The notes: a model not told the origin generated them from the letters alone. A stretch of DNA of 64,000 nt from an uncultured Chloroflexia bacterium (GCA_963777975.1 CAVZSO010000003.1:9111-73110); one strand, 5' to 3'; counted from the first letter of the stretch, positions 40,550 through 50,902 are shown. Numbers and translations: made by a program.

Positions 40550-42060
40550 CTACTTGGGCCAGCTGTCGTCGATGGCCTTCAGGACGGCATCGGTATTGGC
40601 GCCGTTGTTGTTGACCCACTGGTCCATCTGGGTCCAGAACGTCCCGGAGCCGACGGCGGCGGGCATGAGGTCGGACGCGTCGAAGCCGACGCCCGTGGCG
40701 TTGCTCGTCGACGTCGGAGGCGACCTTGAACTTATAGAAGCCCTCATACCAGTCGGCCGGGGTGGTCGTGTTGGCCGAGATGGCGCTGCCGTTCTCGGAT
40801 CCACTTCTGGATGCCTTCCGGCGTGGCCAGGAACTCGGCGACGGCGCGGACTTCGGGCCGGTCGGTGAGCACCATGAGCGTGTCGGCCGACCCTTCGGCG
40901 TTGTTCTGGGCCGGGTCGATGGTCGGGAACGGGAACATGCCGACGTCCTCGCCGATGCCGTACTTCGACGGCTGTCCGCTGGCCCGCTGATCCGGGAAGA
41001 AGTCGGGGCCGTACCAGGTCGGGATCTTCTGCATCCAGCACTTCGGGTTCGCCAGATCGTCGGTGAACATCGGATCCATGATCGTCTTCTGGTCGGTGGC
41101 CACGATCGCGGTGTTCGTGCCGAAGACGTAGTTGGGGGTGAAGAAGATCTTGCCGACGTACTTGTCGAAGGCATCCTTGATGCCCGGGTCCGGAACGGGA
41201 CCTTGTGGCTGATCCAGTCGTTGTAGTAGTCGAGGCCCTTGGTCTTCAGGACCACTTCCTCGACCCAGTCGGTGAGCTGCCAGCCGGTGCGTCACCGGGA
41301 CCGCCCGCGCTGACACACCACGGGTTGGAGCCGTCCTTGACGATCTGGTCGGACAGGGCGATCAGCTCGTCCCACGTCGTGGGCACCTTGTAGCCCTTGG
41401 CCTCGAAGGCCTTGATCGGGTACCAGATGGTCGACTTCACATCGGCCTTGTAGGGGATGCCCCAGATGTTGCTCGCCCGTTGAGACCAGGCCGATGATGC
41501 CCGCATGCTCGGCCTTGAGCTTCTCGGGATCCATGAACGTCGCGACGTCGTTGAGTCTTGCCAGCCTTCGCGTAGGCCAGGACGGGCGTCGGCTGGGCGA
41601 GCATCGCCAGGTCCGGCGGCTTGCCGCCATCGATGCGGGTCTTCAGCACCGTCTCGTGGCTGGTGCCGACACCCTCGACGTTGACGACGATGCCGGTCGC
41701 CTTCGTGAAGTCGGCCAGCGTCGACGCGAAGTTGATGCCCTCGCCGCCGATCCACTGCGTCTGGATGTCGACCTTCTTGCCGGCCATCGGCAGCTTGCCG
41801 TCGGCGCCCTTCGTCAATGCCAGGTCCAGCTCGGTGTAGCCGGTCGGGACCGCCGGCACAGCTGGCGCGACCGCGGCGGGCGATGCCGCCGGTGCTGACG
41901 CGGCCGGCGCAGATTCCGACGCAGCCGGCGCGGACGCAGCCGGCGCAGACGCGGCCGGCGCAGACGCGGCCGGTGTCGGCGACGCGTTGCTCGAGCAAGC
42001 GCCGACGAGGATCATGACGACGACCGCCAGAGCGGACGTTGTCCTGAGTCTCTTGACCAT
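40550..42060 (-). CDS. Sugar ABC substrate-binding lipoprotein (AglE-like), several frameshifts
   Basis: Lipobox LVGAC, (ASAPA)n linker, GIPYKADVKSTIWYP, FDASDLMPAAVGSGTFW; SD AGGAGGAGG. Confidence 0.9.
41881..41972 (-). repeat. 15-bp degenerate repeats encoding the (AASAP)n linker
   Basis: GCCGGCGCAGACGCG-type units repeated about 5-6 times. Confidence 0.8.
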
Positions 42061-42157
42061 GGATTCCTCCTCCTATGAACTACCACGACTGTGGGTGACG
42101 AGTGGCTCCGCTGGGTCCAAGCATGATTCCACACTCCAGCGATAGCCGCACTATGGG

Positions 42158-43227
42158 TTATCGCTCGCCCACCCCCTCTCGCTCAGGCAAGCCGATGCGG
42201 TGGCGAGCGATCGCTGCCGCCCCTCGCGCGCCGGGCGCCTCGGTCGGCGATAGCAGCTCGACCGTCGCATCGCCCAAGGCGGCCTCGACGAGTGGCGAGG
42301 CCGCGCGTTCGCGGGCGATGTGCGATCGGATGGGTTCGAGGAGGGCAGGTCCGGCGGCCGCCACGCCACCGCCGATGACGAATCGCTTGACGCCGAGGGT
42401 CAGGGCGAGCGAGCGGATCGCTCGCGCCAGGTGATCGGCCACGCGGTCGATGATCTCGACCGCGACCTCGTCGCCGGCAGAAGCGGCGCGGAAGACATCT
42501 GCGGCACTCGACTGGGGCGAGAGCACGGTGCTGCGACCGGCAGCCATCGCCTCGTCGGCCTGGCGACCGATCGCCGGACCGGCGGCGATCGTCTCGAGGC
42601 AGCCTCGCAGACCGCACGCGCAGACGGCTCCGTCCGGATCGGCGACCACGTGGCCCACCTCACCGGCAAAGCCGTTCTCGCCGCGGAGCAGCGCCCCGTC
42701 GAGCACGACGCCGGCGGAGATGCCGGTGCCGATCGCCAGGAAGGCGACGCTCGCCGGCGCCTGAGCCGACCCGTCCGCCGCGTGCTCGCTCAGCCAGAGC
42801 ACCGCCGCGCGGGCGTCGTGCTCGACGAAGATCGCGTATCTCCCAGCTCCGTCTGCAGCATCGGTCCCAGAGCCAGGTGGGTGATGCCCAGGTTGACGGC
42901 CATGCTGACCGAGCCATCCGCCGGGTCGACGTGGCCGGGGACGGCCACTCCGACCGCGACCAGGTCCCGCCCCAGCTGGCGCCGGGCGTCGTCGACGAGG
43001 CCGGCGATCTGGCCGACGAGCGACGACGGGTCCGTCGGCGCGACATGCTCGTAGAGGACGCGGTCCCGATCGTCGGTGACGACGATCGACGTCGTGGTAC
43101 CGCCGACGTCGACGCCGGCGACCAACGACCCGCTGCCGGTTCGATTGGCCATCTCGAGGTCGACGATCGTGGCGGCCGTCTTGGTGCCACCCACATCGAC
43201 CCCGACGAGCGACTCGGTTCCGCTCAT
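42158..43227 (-). CDS. ROK family sugar kinase (frameshift near 42830)
   Basis: GVDVGGT (twice), IGTGISAG, GEVGH, CACGLRGCLE. Confidence 0.9.
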
Positions 43228-44428
43228 CGGGCGATGCTCAGGCCGAGCTGGTCCGGTCAACAGCAGGGCGGCTGCGCCCTGGACCGTCTCGTTGCCGCGC
43301 GACGTCGTGAGCTCGATACGCGTGCGAGCGCCGATGGAAGGCAGGGAGCGCCGCATGGCCTCCTCGCGTACGGCTGCCAGCCATGGCTCGCCAAGCCTGG
43401 TCACGGTGCCGAGCAGGACGATCCGCTCGATGTCGAGGGCCGAGGCCAGCGCGGCGACCGTGCCGCCAAGGTAGCGTCCGGCCGAGACGGCGATGAGGCG
43501 GGCCGATTCATCGCCCGCCTGTACGGCCGCGACGACGTCATCGAGTTCGAGGTCGCCGTGCTCGGCCAGGCGCCGCCCCAGCCAGGAGCCCGGCGCTTCG
43601 CCGGCCGCCTCGAGCGCGCGGCGCACGATGGCGCGCGAGCTGGCGACCGTCTCGAGGCATCCGAACCGGCCGCAGCGACAGGCTGCGCCGTCGTCGACGA
43701 CGACCGTGTGGCCGATCTCCCCGGCACTGGATCCGTCGCCATGGAACAGCTCGCCGCCGATGACCACCCCGGCCCCGATGCCTCGGCCGACCTTGATGGC
43801 GACCAGGTTGTCAGCCATGCCACCGACCGGCGAAGAGCGCCTCGGCCATGGCCGCGGCCCGCGTGTCGTTGGCGATCGCCACCGGCACGCCATAGCGCTC
43901 CGACAGCAGGCGTCCCAGCGGGAGCTCCTGCCAGTCGAGGTTGACGGCCCTGCGGATGGTGCCGGAGGCCGTGTCGACGATGCCCGGCGTACCGACGCCG
44001 ATGCCGAGCAGGGCGCCGGGCACTTCGCGCATCAGGCCGTCGACGAGGTCGAAGACGAGCGCCACCGCGGCATCGCCGTCGGCATCGCCGACCTCCACCT
44101 CGACCGTCGCGCGGATATCGCCGCGGAGGTTGACGACGGCGCCGGTGAAGCTCTCGCCCAGGTCGAGGGCGACGATGGATCGCGCGTCGTCGACGACCTG
44201 GACGAGGATCGGAGCCTTCCCCCCGCTGGATGGTCCGCGGCCGACCTCCGCGGCGAGGCCATCCGTGATCAATCCCCCGACGATCTCGCCGACCGAGGTC
44301 CGGGTGAGACCGGTCTGGCGGGCGACGTCAGCCCGACTGATGGGTCCCAGGTCGTACAAGGTGCGCAGGACCAGGCCGGCGTTGTAGGCGCGCGTGTGCT
44401 GGTGCGTGGCTCGTGCGGGACGGTCCAT
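43224..44428 (-). CDS. ROK family transcriptional repressor (NagC/XylR-like), frameshifted
   Basis: N-terminal HTH (ISRADVARQTGLTRTSVGEIV), GRGPSSGGK, GEIGH, CRCGRFGCLE. Confidence 0.92.
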
Positions 44429-44440
44429 CGGACCTCATCG

Positions 44441-44467
44441 GACTTTGCCCAGGATATGGACAAAGTC
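44441..44467. promoter_or_regulatory. Putative ROK operator palindrome
   Basis: GACTTTGCCC-aggatat-GGACAAAGTC (9/10 arm match) directly upstream of the ROK regulator; TTGACA on the minus strand at 44482-44487. Confidence 0.7.
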
Positions 44468-44560
44468 ATCCTACCGGACCGTGTCAAGCGGCCGTGCGAG
44501 CGCCTAGTTTGTCAGGCTACCGAACATGAGTCCCGGAGCCGACTCGGACCCGGAAACGAA

Positions 44561-44586
44561 GATGGCGCGCCTCTCGGCGCGCCATC
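44561..44586 (-). terminator. Intrinsic terminator after the 30-aa ORF
   Basis: GATGGCGCGCC-gaga-GGCGCGCCATC then TTCGTTT on the minus strand. Confidence 0.75.
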
Positions 44587-44612
44587 GGGTCGTCTGGATG
44601 ACGTGTGCGGTG

Positions 44613-44705
44613 CTACCAGCGCCAGCTCTTCGGAGCCACCAGGACGGCGAAGACGAAGAGTGGCGCCAAGCGGTAGAGCAGCGCCTTGACCTGATCCCTG
44701 TTCAT
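44613..44705 (-). CDS. Unannotated 30-aa hydrophobic peptide MNRDQVKALLYRLAPLFVFAVLVAPKSWRW
   Basis: SD GAGG about 9 nt upstream of the ATG, GC-rich third positions, own terminator; below the ORF-track cutoff. Confidence 0.65.
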   Translation of the reverse strand: MNRDQVKALLYRLAPLFVFAVLVAPKSWRW

Positions 44706-44914
44706 GTTCTCGACCTCGCATGACACGACGTTGTCATCAGTTCCGCCGGCCCCGGAGACACTGCTCCGACACTGGGAGGTCATCATCGGAAGCCAGGGCG
44801 CCTGGCGAAATAGGAAGGAGGTCCCGGTCCGCCATGGGACCTTCGGCGCCGGCAGCAGCCCGTCACGGGCACTTCGGCAGGCCGCCTCGGACGTGCGGCC
44901 GGTATGCTCCGGCG

Positions 44915-45479
44915 ATGTCCGAAGAACGCCTCCACGAGACCATCGTCGAGTCGCGGGTCGTCCACCGCGGCAACTACGTGACCTTCCGCGTCGACACCGT
45001 CGAGGACCCCGATGGCGGCCGCCACGTGCGCGACATCGTCGAGCATCCCGGCGCCGTGGCCGTGGTCGCCTTCGTGGGCGAGGACCTGCTCCTCGTCCGC
45101 CAATACCGGCTGGCCGCGGGTCGGATCCTGCTCGAGATCCCCGCCGGGACGCTCGATCGCCAGGCCGATGGCACCATCGAGGATCCCGCCGATCGCTGGC
45201 CCGCGAGAGCTCGGCGAGGAGACCGGCTACCGCGCCGCGACGTGGCGCCGCCTGGGCATGTTCTGGACGGCGCCTGGCTTCGCCAGCGAGGCGATGACCC
45301 TCTACCTGGCGACGGACCTGTCGCCGATCGATGGCTACGCCGGACCGGAGCCTGATGAGCGGCTCGATCTCGTTCGCATGCCCTGGCAGGAGGCCATCGC
45401 GGCTGCCGAGCGGGGCGACTTCGCGGACGCCAAGACCGTGGCCGGCATCTTGTGGGTCGCCCGCATCCGAGGCGACTGA
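44915..45479 (+). CDS. NUDIX hydrolase (ADP-ribose pyrophosphatase-like), frameshift near 45190
   Basis: VEHPGAVAV, LVRQYR, EIPAG...RELGEETGY, DAKTVAG; TATGCT 6 nt upstream. Confidence 0.92.
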
Positions 45480-45495
45480 AATCAGCTGGGTCGGG

Positions 45496-45970
45496 TCAGG
45501 CAGCCTGGCTGGCGTCGGCGGACGGTGCCGTGTCGTCGGGCCGGTCGTAGGGCTCGAACGTCAGCCGGCCGTCGGCGTCTCCGCGCATGCGCATGAGCTC
45601 GAGGCGGTAGTCCTGATACATCTCGTGGCGCAAGGCGACCGCCAGCGTGTGATCCGGTCGGCCAGCCGCGGCCCTCGCCTCGGCGCGGCCGGTCCAGATG
45701 CAGAACGAGAGGCACGAGCCATCGGCCGCTGACGGGCCCTTGAAGTAGTGGATGAAGCCCGGCGCGCCGGCGGCTTCCAAATGGGCAGCCTCGTCGAAAG
45801 CTGTCAGTCGGCTCTCGTCGGCGCCGGCACGGCGCACGGATCGAAAGACCACGAGGTACCACTCCCCGACCCCGAGCTGACGACCGACGGCCGACCAGTC
45901 GAAGGCATCCTCGATGGGCAGCGATCGCGTAGCGATCCGAGATCGGCTGGAGCCGGTCGAGCGCGTCCAT
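45496..45970 (-). CDS. Hypothetical protein, probable dimeric alpha/beta-barrel (ABM-like); frameshift near the N-terminus
   Basis: WYLVVFRSVR, DEAAHLEA, GFIHYFKG, CLSFCIW, H...MY..YRLE pattern. Confidence 0.65.
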
Positions 45971-46112
45971 CGACCACCGAGCATAGGCAGTTCGTCCCGA
46001 TTGTCAACGGGTAAGAAGTACAGTCGCCACATCCTGGCATTGCCGACTCCGCCATGCTCAGCCTGCCGAGCATCGGCTCGGGCGGCCGCAGGATCGAGGT
46101 CGCCCGACTCGA

Positions 46113-46880
46113 CTACTCCGCTGCGTGGAGCGACCGGCTCAGCGTGGCGCCTGCGGCGACCACGAGCCCCGACGTCCGCCTCCGCCAGGCTGCCGACGCC
46201 CGGGCCAACGGAGCGATGACCCCGACCGCCGCCACGATGCCGTCGTCCCGCATGACCGGTACCGCGATGCTCACGCTACCCGGGATGAGCTCGCCTTCGG
46301 TCACCGCGATGCCGTCGGCGACGATGGTCGCCAGATCGCCGGCTGGACCCGGGCTCGCGACGTCGTCGGCCTCCGATGATCCTGCCGCCCGGACTTCGTC
46401 CTGGATGTCCGGTGGCGCGAAGGCCAGCAGGACACGCCCCAGGGCGCCGACACCGAGCGGCGCCGAGCTGCCCGTCTCGGGCACCACGCGGAGCGGATGT
46501 CGCGAGGGTTGTTGATGCAGGCAGACCGACGCCAGGCCGACACGCCGGCAGAGGACCGCGGTCTCGCCGGTCTCCGCCGCCAGCATGGCCAGGATCGGCT
46601 CCGCGCGACGGACGAGCTGTTCCGTGCTGACGATGGAGCCGCCACCGACGAGCAGCCGCGGCCCGAGCTGGTAGGCACCGTCGCGGCGATCGACGAAGCC
46701 GAACTCGGTCAGCGTGCGGAGGTATCGATAGACGGTCGAGAGCGGGGTGTCGAGCAGCGCGGCCAGCTCGTCGGCACGGACCAGGCCGCGGTCGGCGATG
46801 GTCAGGAAGACGCGCAGCCCGCGCGCGAACGAGGTGTCCTCGGGTGCTTCCTCTGGCGGGCGATCTCGGGCGGTGGTCAT
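46113..46880 (-). CDS. IclR family transcriptional regulator
   Basis: SFARGLRVF, STVYRYLRTL, TGETAVL, GALGRVLLAF, SIAVPV. Confidence 0.92.
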   Translation of the reverse strand: MTTARDRPPEEAPEDTSFARGLRVFLTIADRGLVRADELAALLDTPLSTVYRYLRTLTEFGFVDRRDGAYQLGPRLLVGGGSIVSTEQLVRRAEPILAMLAAETGETAVLCRRVGLASVCLHQQPSRHPLRVVPETGSSAPLGVGALGRVLLAFAPPDIQDEVRAAGSSEADDVASPGPAGDLATIVADGIAVTEGELIPGSVSIAVPVMRDDGIVAAVGVIAPLARASAAWRRRTSGLVVAAGATLSRSLHAAE

Positions 46881-46952
46881 GCGGCGTCCAGCGTGGCAGG
46901 CGGCGTCAAGGGTCGGAAGGCGCGGAGCGCGCGTCACGGATCGATGGCGTGA

Positions 46953-46982
46953 AGAGACCCGCCCGTCGCCGGGCGGGTCTCT
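46953..46982 (-). terminator. Intrinsic terminator after the osmoprotectant SBP
   Basis: 12-bp stem AGAGACCCGCCC/GGGCGGGTCTCT. Confidence 0.75.
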
Positions 46983-47007
46983 CCGTGATCGCGAGGACGC
47001 GGATGTC

Positions 47008-47952
47008 CTACTTGCTGAGCAGCCCGTTATCCGTCAGCCATTGCTTGGCCACATCGCCGACGTCCTGGTTGTCGACGGCGACCTTGACGCCGAGGGCGAG
47101 GAGCTCCTCGGTCGTCATCTTGGCCGAGACCGCGTCGAGCAGGGCGGCGAACGCGGTGGCGTCGACCTTGGACAGATAGTCCTGTCGGACGACCGGCGCG
47201 ATGTTGTCGGCCGGCTGCGTCTTCTTGTCATCCTCGAGCATCGTGAAGCCGTTGACGAGGATGGCGGGCTGGGTGGAGCAGAGCCAGGCGAAGTCGACGG
47301 CCTTGCCCTTGAGCGCCTCGGCGATCGGGGCGTCGCAGGCGGCGAGCGCCTCGCGCTGCTTGGGCGGATAGGTGATGCCGTACGCCTCGAGCGCGCCCTT
47401 GCACAGCGAGTTGTTGTCACAGTCCGGCGGCAGGCCCCACTTGAGCTGATCCTGGACGGCCGCCAGGTCGCTCATCTTGGCCAGGTTCAGGCTCGTCGCC
47501 GTGTCGGGTCGGACGACGCCCGCGTTCTGATCCTGGGCGGGCGTGATGGCGAGGACGGTGGCCAGCTTGCCGCCGTCGGCGCCCTTGGTGTCGAGGACGG
47601 CCTGCAGGGCCGCCTTGTTGGCCTCGCCGTCGCCCGTGGGCGTGGTCGCTGCCGTGGGGTTGGACTTGTTGTAGTAGCCGAGGCCGGAGCCGACGTACTC
47701 GGGCACCAGGTCGACCTGACCCTGCTCGAAGGCCGGTTGGCGCTCGAGGCGCGAGCCGAGGCCGAGATTCCGGGTCACCTTGTAGCCCGCGTTCTCGAGG
47801 ACCTGGGCGTACATCTCGGCCATCAGCTTCGACTCGTAGAAGTTGTCCGAGCCGATCTTGATGTCGGCCTTGCTGCTGCCGCCGATGCTTCCGCAGGCGG
47901 CCAGGAGGATCGCCATCGTGGACAGGACGGCGATCAGGCGGGTCTTCCGCAC
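47008..47952 (-). CDS. Osmoprotectant (betaine/choline/carnitine) ABC substrate-binding lipoprotein
   Basis: LLAAC lipobox, IKIGSDNFYESKLMAEMY, VPEYVG, ADNIAPVVR. Confidence 0.93.
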   Translation of the reverse strand: MRKTRLIAVLSTMAILLAACGSIGGSSKADIKIGSDNFYESKLMAEMYAQVLENAGYKVTRNLGLGSRLERQPAFEQGQVDLVPEYVGSGLGYYNKSNPTAATTPTGDGEANKAALQAVLDTKGADGGKLATVLAITPAQDQNAGVVRPDTATSLNLAKMSDLAAVQDQLKWGLPPDCDNNSLCKGALEAYGITYPPKQREALAACDAPIAEALKGKAVDFAWLCSTQPAILVNGFTMLEDDKKTQPADNIAPVVRQDYLSKVDATAFAALLDAVSAKMTTEELLALGVKVAVDNQDVGDVAKQWLTDNGLLSK

Positions 47953-48106
47953 GTTCGGGACTCCTTTCAGGATCGCCGTCGGCGATCGGTGGGCACCCGG
48001 TCCTCCTCCGCTGACCGGTCGGCGTACCTTACCTCAGGGCGGCGTCGCGCTCCCGCGGCAGGTCGGCCTACCTTATCGCAGACGCCTCGGCGGTCGAGCC
48101 AGGTGC

Positions 48107-48871
48107 TCAGGATCCGGCAGCACCGACCTCGAGCAACGGATCGATGGCCTCGGTCATCGATCGGCTGCCTTCGACCTTCTGGCGAAGCGCCTTGGGCGTC
48201 AGCGCGCGCTGGACGAGCGCGAGGATGGCATCGACGCCGAGGGCCAGCACGGCGACGAGGATGGCGCCGGCGAAGATCTGCGGCGGCTCGCCGCGGGCGA
48301 GGCCGTCGATGATGAACCGGCCCAGGCCACCGTACGAGAGGACGGCGCCGATGGTCGCCGTCGCGATGACCTGCAGCGTCGCGGTGCGGAAGCCACCGAC
48401 GATGACGGCGATCGAGAGCGGCAGCTCCAGGCGTCGGAGGATCTGCCGGCCGGTCATGCCCATGCCGCGACCGGCCTCGATCAGGTCGCGGTCCACGGCC
48501 CGCAGGCCCGCGTACGCGGCAACGAGGATGGGCGGGATGCCGAGCAGGAGCATGGCCAGGAAGATGGGGATCAAGCGCAGACCGACCTGGGGCGAGTAGC
48601 CGAAGAACGGCGCAAGGGCCAGCGAGACCGGCAGGATGGCGACCATCAGCGCGAAGGACGGCACGGCCCGACCGATGTTGGCGGTGTTGACAGCCAGGCC
48701 CACCAGGCGCCCGGTGTGGCCGATGTAGAGCCCGATGGGCAGGCCGATGAGCCCTGCGACGACCACCGCCAGGCCGGCGATGAAGAGGTGCTCCACGAGG
48801 CGGTTGGGCACCCCGGTCTCGCCCTGCCAGTTGGCCGGGTCGAGGAACCAGGCAGCGATCTGCCCGATCAC
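48107..48871 (-). CDS. Osmoprotectant ABC permease
   Basis: NIGRAVPSFAL, IEAGRGMGMT, VELP/LELP, GGLGRFI. Confidence 0.92.
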   Translation of the reverse strand: MIGQIAAWFLDPANWQGETGVPNRLVEHLFIAGLAVVVAGLIGLPIGLYIGHTGRLVGLAVNTANIGRAVPSFALMVAILPVSLALAPFFGYSPQVGLRLIPIFLAMLLLGIPPILVAAYAGLRAVDRDLIEAGRGMGMTGRQILRRLELPLSIAVIVGGFRTATLQVIATATIGAVLSYGGLGRFIIDGLARGEPPQIFAGAILVAVLALGVDAILALVQRALTPKALRQKVEGSRSMTEAIDPLLEVGAAGS

Positions 48872-49542
48872 TCGCGCGCCTCCCGGGCTCGGACCCAGGG
48901 GGTCAGTCGGCGCTCGAGGCGGACGATGAGGATGTCGAAGGTGAATGCGAGCGCGACCGAGAGCACGGCGCCGACGTAGATCTTGGTCGGGAAGAAGGTC
49001 TGCAGCCCCTCGGTCAGGAACTGGCCCAGGCCGCCGAACGACTCCCCGAGGATGGCCGCCACGGTCGCCAGGCCGACCGTCGTCACGGTCGCCAGCCGGA
49101 GCCCGGTCATCATCAACGGGATGGCCAGCGGCAGCTCGACCGCGCGCAGGCGCTGTCGGTCGGTGTAGCCCATGCCCGTCGCGGCCTCGATCGCGTCCGG
49201 CGGCACGGCCTGCAGGCCGGAGACGTTGTTGCGCACCAGGATGAGCAGGGTGTAGGTGGTCAGCGGGATGATCGCCGTCAGCAGCGAGAGCCCGAAGATC
49301 GGCCGCACGATGGCGAAGGCCGCGATGCTCGGGATCGTGTAGAGCAACCCGTTGACGGCGGTGATCGGCCCATAGACCGACGGCCGGCGGACGGACCAGA
49401 TGGCCAGCAGCGACCGCGATGACCATGCCCGACCGCGACCGGGATGACGGTCAGCTCGATGTGCTGGAGCAACCGCATCGGCGATGTCGTCGAGATGCGT
49501 GAAGATCCAGTCCCAGTCGATGAATTGCTCGCGCGGGTCCAT
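48868..49542 (-). CDS. Osmoprotectant ABC permease (short compensated frameshift near the N-terminus)
   Basis: YTIPSIAAF, IEAATGMGYT, VELPLAIP. Confidence 0.9.
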   Translation of the reverse strand: MDPREQFIDWDWIFTHLDDIADAVAPAHRADRHPGRGRAWSSRSLLAIWSVRRPSVYGPITAVNGLLYTIPSIAAFAIVRPIFGLSLLTAIIPLTTYTLLILVRNNVSGLQAVPPDAIEAATGMGYTDRQRLRAVELPLAIPLMMTGLRLATVTTVGLATVAAILGESFGGLGQFLTEGLQTFFPTKIYVGAVLSVALAFTFDILIVRLERRLTPWVRAREARE

Positions 49543-49549
49543 GGCCGTG

Positions 49550-50827
49550 CTCAGGCCCCGTGCGGCGGAGATCTCGGCAGGTTCAGCGTCGGACGCGACG
49601 GCCGCGTCGGCCGCCTCGGCCTCGTCGGCGAGCGTCGCCGAAGATGCCGAACGAGCGGCCGTGCTCGCCCTCGCGCATCAGGCGGGCCACCCGATCGACG
49701 GTCATGATGCCCTGCACGGCGCCGGTGCGATCGACGACGACGGCCGCCTGGACGTCGGCGTCGAGCATCATCGAGAGCGCGTCCTTGAGCGTCGTGCGCC
49801 GATTGACGAGCGGCGAGACAGGGTTGGCCATCGCGACGTCGAGGGTGCCGCTGGCCGGGATGTCGTCTCCGCTCACCCAGCCGATGGGCTGGTTCGCCTG
49901 ATCGACCAGGAGCAGGTAGCCGAAGGGATCGGCCTGCGCCCGGCGCCGGGCCTCGGCCGCGTCGTCGCCAGGGTGGCCGACGGTCGGCTGGACGAGCTCG
50001 AGGTCGCCGACGCGGTTGAGCGCCAGGCGCTTCAGGCCGCGATCCTCACCCACGAACCGGGCCACGAACTCGGAGGCCGGATTCGACAGGATGTCCGCCG
50101 GGGTGCCGAACTGCGCCAGGATGCCGCCGTCCTGGAAGACGGCCACCAGGTCGCCCATCTTGATGGCCTCATCGATGTCGTGGGTCACGAACAGGATGGT
50201 CTTGGCGAGCTCTTCCTGAAGGCGCAGGAACTCGTTCTGGAGCCGCTCGCGGACGATGGGATCGACGGCGCCGAACGGCTCGTCCATGAGCATGATCGGG
50301 GGGTCGACGGCCAGGGCCCGCGCGACACCGACACGCTGACGCTCGCCGCCCGAGAGCTGGCTCGGATAGCGATCGCGGTACTTGTCGGGCGCCAATCCGA
50401 CGAGGCCGAGCAGCTCGTCGGATCGCGCCGTCTGGCGCTCCTTGGTCCAGCCCAGCAGCCGCGGCACGGTGGCCACGTTCTCGCCGATCGTCTGGTGCGG
50501 GAAGAGCCCGACCTGCTGGATGACGTAGCCGATGCTGCGGCGCAGGTCGGTCACGTCGCGCGTGGCGGCGTCCACGCCGTCGATGAGGATGCGGCCGCTG
50601 GTCGGCTCGATGATCCGGTTGACCATCTTGAGCGAGGTCGTCTTGCCGCAGCCGGAGGGCCCGACGAAGACGCAGATCTTGCCGGCCGGCACGACCAGCG
50701 AGAGGTCGTTGACGGCGCCCGGCGTCGGGGCCGGCGGCTTGCCCTTGGTCGGCTTCGGCGCGTCGTAGTGCTTGGTGACGTGCTCGAACTCGACGACGGC
50801 GGCGCGGTGGGCGGGCTGGTCGGCCAT
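49550..50827 (-). CDS. Osmoprotectant ABC ATP-binding protein with CBS domains (OpuA/ProV-like); end approximate
   Basis: GPSGCGKTT, YVIQQVGLFPH, LSGGERQRVGVARALA, FVTHDIDEA, C-terminal CBS pair. Confidence 0.93.
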
Positions 50828-50902
50828 CGACAGCGGGCTCCTGCGGGATCGGGTCGGGCGAATGTACCGCACGCGACCTCGTCGGCGATACTGGCGCGGT
50901 CG

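Noticed and set aside
41881-41972. Repeats as a mobile or phase-variable element
   Set aside because: In-frame 15-bp units encode an ordinary Ala/Ser/Pro lipoprotein linker; the same applies to 30241-30283.
42790-43893. Apparent in-frame fusion of the ROK regulator and ROK kinase
   Set aside because: An alternative frame gives the typical ending QLGLSIAR* with an ATGA overlap at 43224-43227; the fusion is explained by one indel.
44833-44914. N-terminal extension of NUDIX from an upstream ATG after AGGAGG
   Set aside because: SD spacing is too long and the extension is low-complexity; TATGCT 6 nt before 44915 favours a leaderless start.
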